DNA of 32,000 nucleotides from Sinorhizobium meliloti (GTDB lineage Bacteria > Pseudomonadota > Alphaproteobacteria > Rhizobiales > Rhizobiaceae). Below, in pieces: positions 16,727 to 24,778 of this stretch (the first letter of the stretch is position 1; each line of letters begins with the position of its first letter). The stretch is from contig NZ_JAGIOS010000001.1 of assembly GCF_017876815.1 (NCBI RefSeq), positions 3,390,001-3,422,000 on the forward strand, given 5' to 3'. The notes beneath the pieces are model-generated. The model saw nothing but the letters and a program-made list of their open reading frames with translations. It was not told the DNA's origin and ran no database searches. Position numbers and translations under genes: made by a program.

Positions 16727-16765
16727 TAGCGCCACCACTCCCACCAGCACGAAGAGGAATTTGCC

Positions 16766-17176
16766 ATGGCTCTCGGCCGTCAGCTCACGCTTGCCCGCTC
16801 GACCGGCGCAGGTGCCTTCACCTTGGCCTGCATCACCGAACAGCGATCCCTCGAGATCAACAACGAGGAAATCGACATCACTAAACCGAGCTGCACCGAT
16901 CCCGGCAGCAAGCTCACGCTGGCGCTGATGTATGGCATCCAGTCCATCCGTTTCAGCGGGCAGGGCGCCTTCGTCGATACCGTCACGATGAAGGCGGTCA
17001 CCGCCGACGCCGTCAACCAGGTCATCACCGAGTATCAGGTCACGGTGCCCGGCGTCGGCACCTTCGAAGGCGACATGCTCGTCTCAATGACCTTCTCGGG
17101 CGACAAGACGAACGAGCTGCAGGCCGACATCCGTTGCGCCATGACCGGCGCTCTCACCTTCGTGCCGGCTGTCTAA
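16766..17176 (+). CDS. Major tail (tube) protein
   Basis: 136 aa, positioned before the chaperone pair. Resembles GTA/TP901-type tail tube proteins. Confidence 0.75.
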   Translation: MALGRQLTLARSTGAGAFTLACITEQRSLEINNEEIDITKPSCTDPGSKLTLALMYGIQSIRFSGQGAFVDTVTMKAVTADAVNQVITEYQVTVPGVGTFEGDMLVSMTFSGDKTNELQADIRCAMTGALTFVPAV

Positions 17177-17188
17177 GCGGAGATTTCC

Positions 17189-17590
17189 ATGCTGCCTGCC
17201 AATCCATTGCGCGGCGAGGCGGAGGTTCGCATCGGTGCGATCGACTTCCGCATCGCCGTCACCTTCTCCGGGCTCGCTCGTCTCTCCGATGCGATCGGCG
17301 CCCGCACCCTCGACGAGCTCTACGGCCGCCTCCTCGGTTTCGAGCCGAAGGCGGTTGCCTGCGCCGTCCGCTGCCTGATTGTCGCGGATGACGAGGATCA
17401 GATATCGGCGCTTTCGGCGAGGATCCTCGACGACGGTAATATCTCGGCCGCCGACCAGCTTGCCTGGCGCGAGGCGGTCGAAAAGGCGCTCTCGGCTCAC
17501 ATTGCTGCCGGGACAATACGGCGGGACGAGCGGACCGCGTCGCAGATTGCCGGAGACGCTGTCCTGGGAAAGTCCGTAAGCCCCTCCTGA
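17189..17590 (+). CDS. Tail assembly chaperone (G-like, GTA gp10-like)
   Basis: 133 aa. The NPLRGEAEVRIGAIDFRIAVTFSGLARL pattern is typical of GTA-type tail assembly chaperones. Confidence 0.8.
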   Translation: MLPANPLRGEAEVRIGAIDFRIAVTFSGLARLSDAIGARTLDELYGRLLGFEPKAVACAVRCLIVADDEDQISALSARILDDGNISAADQLAWREAVEKALSAHIAAGTIRRDERTASQIAGDAVLGKSVSPS

Positions 17591-17829
17591 TCAAGAATCA
17601 TCTCAAGGCGCTGTACCGGATCGCCACGAACCCGAAGATGCTCGGCTGGTCGCCGGAAATGTTCTGGAAGGCGACGGCGGCGGAATTCGAGATGACCGTG
17701 GAGGGGCTTTCCGGGAATGTTCGCGGCGGACCGTTCATTTCGCGTGAGGAGGTCCGGCGCATTGCCGCAGAGCATGGCGTTCGTCCATCGCTGAAGGGCA
17801 GTCCGAACGCGAGGACGATCGGCAGTTGA
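17189..17829 (+). CDS. Tail assembly chaperone GT-like fusion produced by -1 frameshift at 17566-17572
   Basis: 128 aa of the G frame plus 85 aa of the -1 frame (VRKPLLIKNHLKALYRIATNPKMLGWSPEMFWKATAAEF...). The LGWSPExFW motif is typical of phage TAC_6 / GTA g10.1-type proteins. Confidence 0.75.
17566..17572 (+). promoter_or_regulatory. Slippery heptamer G GGA AAG for -1 programmed frameshift
   Basis: The zero-frame codons are ctg GGA AAG, so the heptamer is phased X XXY YYZ. The -1 frame is open from here to 17829. Confidence 0.8.
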
Positions 17830-18009
17830 TCAGCTTGGTTTCACGTAGTCGTCAATCTTGGCAATATTGATGCCGAGCGCCGCGCCGACGACGCCGAGGC
17901 CGAAGGAAATGGCGCCGACAATCTCATTCATTGCAGATTTCGCTGCGAAAGCGACAAGTACGCCACCGACAATCTGCAAAATACCTAACAAAAATATGCC
18001 GGCGGCCAC
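17830..18009 (-). CDS. Small two-TM membrane protein (59 aa), antisense to the tail operon; absent from the ORF track
   Basis: Hand translation: GTG at 18009-18007 preceded by GGAGG with a 6-nt spacer. MAAGIFLLGILQIVGGVLVAFAAKSAMNEIVGAISFGLGVVGAALGINIAKIDDYVKPS. Stop at 17832-17830. The local sequence is AT-richer. Confidence 0.65.
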   Translation of the reverse strand: MAAGIFLLGILQIVGGVLVAFAAKSAMNEIVGAISFGLGVVGAALGINIAKIDDYVKPS

Positions 18010-18111
18010 GGCTTCCCTCCCAATACCAATGCGGCAAAAGTTGCATAAAGCCAGTGGGAGTCAACTGGTAACTGCGTCGCTAATCCTCAATTTCGGTTTT
18101 CGAGGTTCGCA

Positions 18112-19983
18112 ATGAGCCGTCCAGATATTCCCGTCACGATCTCCGGTGATCCGAAGGGCTTCGAGTCTGCTCTTGCTCGAGTGCGGGCGCTTTCGAAGTC
18201 GACCGCGACGGATGTCGTGACCTCCTTCGGCCGAATCAAGAACCTGGTCGCGGGCGGGGCCGGCCTCGTGACCGGGCTTGTCTCGGCTGCAAGCGTTACC
18301 GCATTGCGCGATGCAGCGGGCGCGATTGCTGCGATCGGCGACGAGGCTCGCCGCGCCGGCCTCGACGTCAAGAGCTTCCAAGAGCTCAAATATGTGGCCG
18401 AGCAGAACCGTGTCGGCGTCGACGCACTAACCGACGGGATCAAGGAACTGAACCTCCGTGCCGACGAATTCATCGTCACTGGAGGCGGCTCGGCAGCAGA
18501 GGCATTCCAGCGCCTCGGCTACTCGGCCGAGGATCTGAAGCAGAAGCTCGAGGATCCTGCCGAGCTCTTCACCGAAATCATCGGCCGTTTGGGCGAGCTC
18601 GACAGAGCGGCGCAGATCCGCATCATGGACGAAATTTTCGGTGGGACAGGCGGCGAGCAGTTCGTGCAGCTGATAGAGGCGGGCGAGGCCGGCATCCGCG
18701 ACACCATTCGGGCCGCGAACGATCTTGGCATCGTCCTTGACGAGCAGATGATCGATAGGGCGCAAGAGATCGATCGCAAGTTCAACATGCTCGCGACGAC
18801 CGTCGGGACGAATCTCAAGGGAGCGATAGTCTCAGCCGCCGACAGCTTGATGGAATTCATCGACGGCTTCCGTGATTTCCAAAACCAGATGAACAGCACG
18901 CTTCAGGGCAGGCAAGCTGAAATCGGAGAGCGGCGACTTGCGATCGAGAATGAGATCCTCAGAAAAAAAGAAGAGCAGGCTCGACAGGACGAAAAGCTTT
19001 CCGACGTCGCCAAGAAACTTGGATTTGAAAACAGCAAGAACGCGAATCTTGCCGGCTACACCGGTCAGATAGAGGCTCTGAAGGAAGAGAGCCGCAAGCT
19101 CGCAGAGGAAGAGGCAAAGATCGTTGACGTGCTGAACGGTCGGCTTAGCCCAATGAACCGCTCAACAGAGCGGTCCTGGACGCCGATCCCTACGGAAGAA
19201 AAAGGCGGCGGGCGGTCCAAGAAAGTCTCTGAGGCCGAAAAGGAAAAGAAGGCGATCGACGACGTCATCGCGTCGCTGCGCGAGGAACTGGCGATCATCG
19301 GGCTCACCGACATCGAGCGGGAGCGGACCATTGCGCTCCGCGAGGCAGGTGTCGAGGCGACCTCGAAGGAAGGCCAGCAGATATCGGCGCTCATCGACGA
19401 AAAGTACCGCCAGCTCGCAGCCGAGGAGGCGCTGGCCGAGCAGTATGAGCGGAGCGAGGAAGCAGCCGAGCGGATGGGACAGGTCCTCGACGACCAGCTG
19501 ATGCGCATCGTGGACGGGAGTTTCGATGCGAAGGAGGCGATCGCGGCGCTGCTGTCCGAGATCATCAATGTCCAGACGAACGGGAAGGGGCTTTTCGGTT
19601 CACTCTTCAGCGAGATCTTCGGCGGCGGAGGCGGTTCCGCCTCCAACTTCGTGCCGACCACGACCCTCGGCGGATTCCTCGGCTATGGCGGCGCGCGCGC
19701 CGGCGGCGGCGATGTATCGCCAGGTCGCATCTACCGGGTGAACGAATATGAGGACGAGTTCTTTGCCCCGACGAGCCACGGCCGGATCATCGCGCCGAGC
19801 AAGCTGTCCGGCGCGTCAAGCGATGGGGAGGGCGGCGGCGGTCGCACCGTAGTTGAGATCGTACTGAGCAAGGATTTGTTGGCCAGTGTCCTCGAGCAAA
19901 CCGGTGATCAGACCGTGCGCATCGTGCGCAGCAACGAGGAAGCCCGGGCGAACTATCGCCAGAATGGCGGGGAAGATTTCTGA
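18112..19983 (+). CDS. Tail tape measure protein
   Basis: 623 aa, follows the chaperone pair, helical and coiled-coil rich with a Gly-rich C-terminal part. Confidence 0.88.
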   Translation: MSRPDIPVTISGDPKGFESALARVRALSKSTATDVVTSFGRIKNLVAGGAGLVTGLVSAASVTALRDAAGAIAAIGDEARRAGLDVKSFQELKYVAEQNRVGVDALTDGIKELNLRADEFIVTGGGSAAEAFQRLGYSAEDLKQKLEDPAELFTEIIGRLGELDRAAQIRIMDEIFGGTGGEQFVQLIEAGEAGIRDTIRAANDLGIVLDEQMIDRAQEIDRKFNMLATTVGTNLKGAIVSAADSLMEFIDGFRDFQNQMNSTLQGRQAEIGERRLAIENEILRKKEEQARQDEKLSDVAKKLGFENSKNANLAGYTGQIEALKEESRKLAEEEAKIVDVLNGRLSPMNRSTERSWTPIPTEEKGGGRSKKVSEAEKEKKAIDDVIASLREELAIIGLTDIERERTIALREAGVEATSKEGQQISALIDEKYRQLAAEEALAEQYERSEEAAERMGQVLDDQLMRIVDGSFDAKEAIAALLSEIINVQTNGKGLFGSLFSEIFGGGGGSASNFVPTTTLGGFLGYGGARAGGGDVSPGRIYRVNEYEDEFFAPTSHGRIIAPSKLSGASSDGEGGGGRTVVEIVLSKDLLASVLEQTGDQTVRIVRSNEEARANYRQNGGEDF

Positions 19984-20633
19984 TGGCGTTTGTCATTTCG
20001 CTTCCGAGCGTGGTTTACGGGCAGGTCGCGTTCGACCCGGTGCGCATCCGCGACACGAACCGCATGGAAGGCAGGCGGACCGAGACGGCGTATTCCGGGA
20101 CGCCTTACTGGATCGCCTCCTATTCGGCGTCGAAGCTGACAACGACCGAGGCGGCCTTGTTCGACGCTTTCAACATGGATGCGAACGACGGCGGTGTAAT
20201 CGCCGGCTACGATGCGCACCGACCACGGCCGATCGCCTATCAGGGCAGCAATCCCCTTTCCGGCGTGAAGGCTGGCGGAGGTGCTTTCAATGGTGACGCC
20301 GTGCTGCAGTCGATCACTGACGGCAACACGATCGTCGTTTCGGGACTGCCTGCCGGGTTTAAACTGGCGCGCGGTGACTATGTCGAGGTGCGGAAGTCGA
20401 CCTTCGTGCGATCGCTGCATCGGATAAGCCAGGTTGCGACTGCGGATGCGACCGGCATCGTCACCCTGAAGATCCGCTTCGGGCTCGACCTGCAGGTGTT
20501 CACCCTGCCGTGCACCGTCCATTTCGAGAAGCCATCCTGCATCATGGAGATGGATGCGGGTAGCTTCAGCCTGCCGAAGACCTGGCCGAACTATAACGTC
20601 CAGTTTACCGCAACGGAGCTGTTCCTCTCATGA
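19983..20633 (+). CDS. Minor tail protein (distal tail position)
   Basis: 216 aa with a TGATG overlap with the tape measure stop. The call is positional. Confidence 0.6.
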   Translation: MAFVISLPSVVYGQVAFDPVRIRDTNRMEGRRTETAYSGTPYWIASYSASKLTTTEAALFDAFNMDANDGGVIAGYDAHRPRPIAYQGSNPLSGVKAGGGAFNGDAVLQSITDGNTIVVSGLPAGFKLARGDYVEVRKSTFVRSLHRISQVATADATGIVTLKIRFGLDLQVFTLPCTVHFEKPSCIMEMDAGSFSLPKTWPNYNVQFTATELFLS

Positions 20634-21220
20634 GCGTGCTATCTCCCGAGGTCGAGGATCTGATCGAGAGCGGCGAGTTCGCGCTGCTGGACCTGATCCG
20701 CTTCGATCTGCCCGGCAAAACGGTCGGCTATCACCGCGGCGGCCGCAAATTCAGCTACAATGGCTTGCTGTACCTGCCGAACCGGTATCTCCAGCCCGGT
20801 GACCTGGTGAGCGCCGTCGGCGTGGCCGTCACCACGCGGACCGTCGTCTTCTCCAATATCCCGGTGACCGATCCTGAGGATGCGGTCGCGAGGATCGAGG
20901 AGTTCAACTACCAGAACGCGCCCGTCATCATCACCTCGCTCGCCGGCGAGCCGAACACGAGCAACGTCGTCGGGGTGCTGGTCTCGACCATCTACGAGAT
21001 CGACCAGGTGCGCTACAACGAAGGCGCGGTCTCCGGCTCCGAACGAACGCTGACGATGATGATCGATCTGCAACCGCCGGGACGATCGGCGCGGGGCTCT
21101 ACCGGCGTCAAGCGCTCGCAGGCCGAGCAGCAGTTCGACAATAATCCGACCGACACGGGCCTGGAGCACGTGGCGACGAATGCGACCATCCCCGAGGAAT
21201 GGGGACAGGTGAGCCGATAG
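20630..21220 (+). CDS. Minor tail / tail-tip protein (DUF2163-like pattern, tentative)
   Basis: 196 aa with an ATGA overlap upstream. The FALLDLIRFDLPGKTVGYHRGGRKFSYNGLLYLP pattern. Confidence 0.55.
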   Translation: MSVLSPEVEDLIESGEFALLDLIRFDLPGKTVGYHRGGRKFSYNGLLYLPNRYLQPGDLVSAVGVAVTTRTVVFSNIPVTDPEDAVARIEEFNYQNAPVIITSLAGEPNTSNVVGVLVSTIYEIDQVRYNEGAVSGSERTLTMMIDLQPPGRSARGSTGVKRSQAEQQFDNNPTDTGLEHVATNATIPEEWGQVSR

Positions 21221-21365
21221 GAGTTCCTTCGATGAAAAACGTAATAGCAGTAGATTACAAGTCTCAGGGCGTGCGCCGCACGAATGTCCCCGAGACGCCA
21301 ACCAAAGACTGAACACGATAGCCCTTCGATTGGCCACAGCCATCGGGAGGTCAACGGCTCTCTTG

Positions 21366-21638
21366 TTATGACAATCGATCCTGCCGTGTTTTGTCCGTCG
21401 CCTGCTTCAACTTAATGGTTTCAACGAGTGCCAACAAGGCGTGGCGGGCGTGATCTTTCGCCCGATCCTTGTCTATGTTCGATGCTTCGTCGATGGACCG
21501 GTTCACAGTATGCAACGCAATCGACTTGACTTCCTCAATAACGTCGTCGTGGCCTAACCACAGCAGCATTTCCAGCGCAGCAGCCGCCAATGCTTGCGCT
21601 GCTACTCCGGCCCCAACGGCCTGCTCGTTCTTCGCCAT
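21366..21638 (-). CDS. Hypothetical helical protein (moron antisense to tail genes)
   Basis: 90-aa ORF. AGGAGA SD 9-10 nt upstream of the ATG. Sits in an AT-richer gap of about 490 bp between tail-tip genes. Confidence 0.6.
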   Translation of the reverse strand: MAKNEQAVGAGVAAQALAAAALEMLLWLGHDDVIEEVKSIALHTVNRSIDEASNIDKDRAKDHARHALLALVETIKLKQATDKTRQDRLS

Positions 21639-21709
21639 GCTTTATCTCTCCTGGAAGTTGCGGGAGATAAGCATCCCCAGTCGAAAATGTCGAATCCTGA
21701 TAGGTCCCC

Positions 21710-22114
21710 ATGAACCGCTTCCGCATCGTCGAAGCCACGCTCGCGCGTGAGCTTGCGAAACCCTATGCCTATGGATCGGCCGATTGCTTCATGCTCGGCT
21801 GCGCCTTTGTCGATGCGCTGACGGGCTCGGCGATCGCCGACAATTACCGTGGCGCCTACCGGACGCTTGCCGGTGCGCAGCGGGCGCTGCGTCGGCGGGG
21901 GCACACGTCGCTGGTGAGCTTCTTCGCGGCCGAGCTCGGCCAGCAGCCGAAGGGCGGCGCGGAAGCGCGCCTCGGCGATCTCGTCATCCTGCGTCTTACC
22001 GATGGCGCCGAGCACGTAGGCATCTGCCTCGGCGCCCGTTTCGTCACCAAGACCGAACGCGGCCGCAGCGATCACCGCCTCGCCGACGTCATTGCCGCCT
22101 TTCATCTCGGATAA
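21710..22114 (+). CDS. Tail-tip associated small protein with NlpC/P60-like Cys/His pattern (lambda gpK position; tentative)
   Basis: 134 aa. YGSADCFMLGCAF ... GDLVIL ... AEHVGICLG resembles a papain-like Cys...His arrangement. Confidence 0.5.
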   Translation: MNRFRIVEATLARELAKPYAYGSADCFMLGCAFVDALTGSAIADNYRGAYRTLAGAQRALRRRGHTSLVSFFAAELGQQPKGGAEARLGDLVILRLTDGAEHVGICLGARFVTKTERGRSDHRLADVIAAFHLG

Positions 22115-22120
22115 TCCATC

Positions 22121-24778
22121 ATGGCAATCTTTACAGGAATCGCCACGGCAATCGCCGGCGCGCTGTTCGGCGGCTCTGCGCTTGCCACCAGCCTGATCGG
22201 CGGCGCGCTCGCCTTCGGCGCCAAGTTTGCCGTGGGCAAGCTCACCCAGCAGAAACAGGGCAAGCAGAAGCACACGGCCGTTCAGGGCGAGATCCAGTTC
22301 GGCGGCGACGTGCCGGTCGGCACGCTCTATGGCGTTGGCAAGACCAAGGGCCAGCGCGCCTTTTATGCCAAGTGGGACAAGGGCAACAAGCGCAACGCGG
22401 AGGTCTTCATCCTCGCCAACGGCTGGTGCGACGGGCTCGAGCCTTACGTCTACATGTATGGCGAGAAATATAATCTCGTGGCGCAGGCGACGATCGGCAA
22501 CGAGGTCGCGCGTTACGGCGTGCAGGGCTTCATCGACGGCGACGGCAACAGCGCAATCTCGATCCGCTTCTATGACGGCCGGCCGGGACAGGGCGTCGAT
22601 CAGCGCCTCGTCGACGTTACGGCCACTCTCGGCAACAAGTGGAAGGCGACCAGCAAGCTTTCGAGCATGTGCTATGTTGTCGTCGAGCGCTACTATCATC
22701 TCGAATTCTTCCGCGACGCCGGCAAAGGCAAGCCGGACATCGATTTCGTGCTGCGCGGCTTGCGCGAATACGATCCGCGCAAGGACTCGACGGTGGCCGG
22801 CGGCTCCGGGACGCAGCGGCTCAATACACCGTCAACCTGGGTGCACACGAAGAACCCGGCCGTGCACCGGCTCAATTATCAGCTGGGGCTGCGCGCGCTC
22901 GTATCCGGCCGAACGCTGATCGGCGAGGGCAAGAGCCTCGGCCAGATTGATCTCGCCACCTATTTCGTGGCGATGAACGTCTGCGACACGCTGCGGGCGA
23001 ACGGGAAGAAGACCTATGAGTGCTCACTCTTCGTCAGCGGCGACGATGACCATACCGAGGTGCTGAAGCAGTTCGACGATGCGATGGCCGGCTATGGGCT
23101 CAACCGCCGCGGCCTCTCCGGCGTCATCCCCGGTGCACCGCAGATCCCGGTCAAGGATCTGACCGCGGCCGACATTCCTATCGATCGCGCCAAGGACGTG
23201 CAGTTCCGGCCGTCGGCATTCGAGCGCTACAATCACCTTTCCGGCCAGTTCACCTCGATAGAATCGATGTGGAACCCAGAGAGCCTGAAGCCGGTCTATG
23301 TAAATGCGGACATCGCCGCCGATGGTCGTAACCGGCAGACGAGCATCGATTTCCTGCAGGTGACCGATCCGGACATTGCGCAGTACCTGCTCAATATCCG
23401 CTACCGGCAGAACCGCATGGGCGGCAAGGCCACGGTTCCCGTCAGTCGTCGCTTCGGTCTGGCGGTACAGGAAGGCGAGTGGATCACCTGGCGCGGCAAG
23501 ACCTGGCTGATCAGCGAGTGGCGGGCCGACGATCGGCTGCGCATCACGCTGGTGCTCTCCGAGACCAGCGCGGCGATCTATGACGACGACGGCATCGAGC
23601 CCGGGCCGATCGTCATCCCGCCGACGCCGCCGATCAACCCGTCGCTGCTCTCGACGGTGCAGAATTTCAATGTTGCCGTCGGCATGATCAACGGCGCTCA
23701 GGGCTATGACACGCCGGCGCTGCTGTTCACCTGGACACCGCCGGACGATCCGACAATCACCGCCGTGCGCTTCGTCTATCAGATCGAAGGCACGACAGAG
23801 ATCTTCGAGGATCAGTGCACCTCGCCCGAGGACGGCAGCTTCCGCACCACGAAGAACGTCGTTTCCGGCAAGGTCTATAACGCCCGGGCGACGATCACGA
23901 CCGTGCCCGACCGGCTGCGCACCTTTACGCCCTGGATGACGACGGCGCAGCCGACCGGTCTGCAGACGCTGCTCACTGGCTTGCAACAGCTGCAGGACGA
24001 TGCGCTGAACCGCTTCAAGGAACTGCAGCAGGAGATGGACGAATTCTTCCGGCCGCGCCTGGTCGAGCTGCTGGATGCTTTCTCACTTGAGGGTGCTGTC
24101 GGACAGATCGAGCGCCAGCAGATCGTTGCCACCATCGGTGACGCGCTGGCGCAGATCACCGAGGAGCGCCGGGTTCGCGTCTCCGAGAACGAGGCGATGG
24201 CGCAGTTGCTCACGTACCTGCAGGCTAGCCTCGGCACCACAAATGCGCGGCTGATCACCGAGGAGACCGTGCGCGCAACGACAGACAGCGCCCTCGCAAG
24301 CTCGATCACGACACTCGACGCTGAAGCCGATGGCAACCTCGCCCGCTTGATCGCCGAGGAGACCGCTCGCGCAGACGGCGACGGGGCGCTTGCGAGCAGC
24401 ATCAGCGGCGTGAGCGCTGATTTCAACGGCCGGTTCGCACAAGGACTGGTGAAGTTCGAGGCGGTCGCGGCGCCGACCGGCGTTGATGCCCGTTTCTCGG
24501 TGTTGTTGCGAGCCGGGACCAACCAGAGCTTCAAGGTGTCGGGCTTCTATGTCGAGCTTTACACCGAAGGCGGTGTGCAGAAGTCGCGCATGGCCGTGCA
24601 GGCGGATCAGTTCCTCGTCACGTCAGGCAACAGCCGGCACTATCCGCTCGTCTTCGAAAATGGCGAGCTGAAGCTGGCGATTGCCAACATCGGCACGGTC
24701 AATGCCGGTCTTCTTCAGTCGCTGAACGGCAAAATGAAAATCGACCTCAACAACGGCACGATCGAGATCTTCAGCTGA
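22121..24778 (+). CDS. Host specificity / central tail fibre protein (lambda gpJ-like)
   Basis: 885 aa. C-terminal repeated ARLI(T/A)EET.RA...ALASSI(T/S) units typical of J-like proteins. Confidence 0.8.
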   Translation: MAIFTGIATAIAGALFGGSALATSLIGGALAFGAKFAVGKLTQQKQGKQKHTAVQGEIQFGGDVPVGTLYGVGKTKGQRAFYAKWDKGNKRNAEVFILANGWCDGLEPYVYMYGEKYNLVAQATIGNEVARYGVQGFIDGDGNSAISIRFYDGRPGQGVDQRLVDVTATLGNKWKATSKLSSMCYVVVERYYHLEFFRDAGKGKPDIDFVLRGLREYDPRKDSTVAGGSGTQRLNTPSTWVHTKNPAVHRLNYQLGLRALVSGRTLIGEGKSLGQIDLATYFVAMNVCDTLRANGKKTYECSLFVSGDDDHTEVLKQFDDAMAGYGLNRRGLSGVIPGAPQIPVKDLTAADIPIDRAKDVQFRPSAFERYNHLSGQFTSIESMWNPESLKPVYVNADIAADGRNRQTSIDFLQVTDPDIAQYLLNIRYRQNRMGGKATVPVSRRFGLAVQEGEWITWRGKTWLISEWRADDRLRITLVLSETSAAIYDDDGIEPGPIVIPPTPPINPSLLSTVQNFNVAVGMINGAQGYDTPALLFTWTPPDDPTITAVRFVYQIEGTTEIFEDQCTSPEDGSFRTTKNVVSGKVYNARATITTVPDRLRTFTPWMTTAQPTGLQTLLTGLQQLQDDALNRFKELQQEMDEFFRPRLVELLDAFSLEGAVGQIERQQIVATIGDALAQITEERRVRVSENEAMAQLLTYLQASLGTTNARLITEETVRATTDSALASSITTLDAEADGNLARLIAEETARADGDGALASSISGVSADFNGRFAQGLVKFEAVAAPTGVDARFSVLLRAGTNQSFKVSGFYVELYTEGGVQKSRMAVQADQFLVTSGNSRHYPLVFENGELKLAIANIGTVNAGLLQSLNGKMKIDLNNGTIEIFS

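Noticed and set aside
17858-18115. 85-aa plus-strand ORF from the track in the chaperone/tape-measure gap
   Set aside because: It has an Ala/Pro/Thr-rich product and no SD, and it is antisense to the better supported 59-aa two-TM ORF (GGAGG SD, clean hydrophobic helices).
21232-21312. 26-aa micro-ORF (MKNVIAVDYKSQGVRRTNVPETPTKD) with an AGGAG SD right after the tail gene stop
   Set aside because: It is too short to support from sequence alone. It is noted within the 21221-21709 island finding rather than called as a feature.
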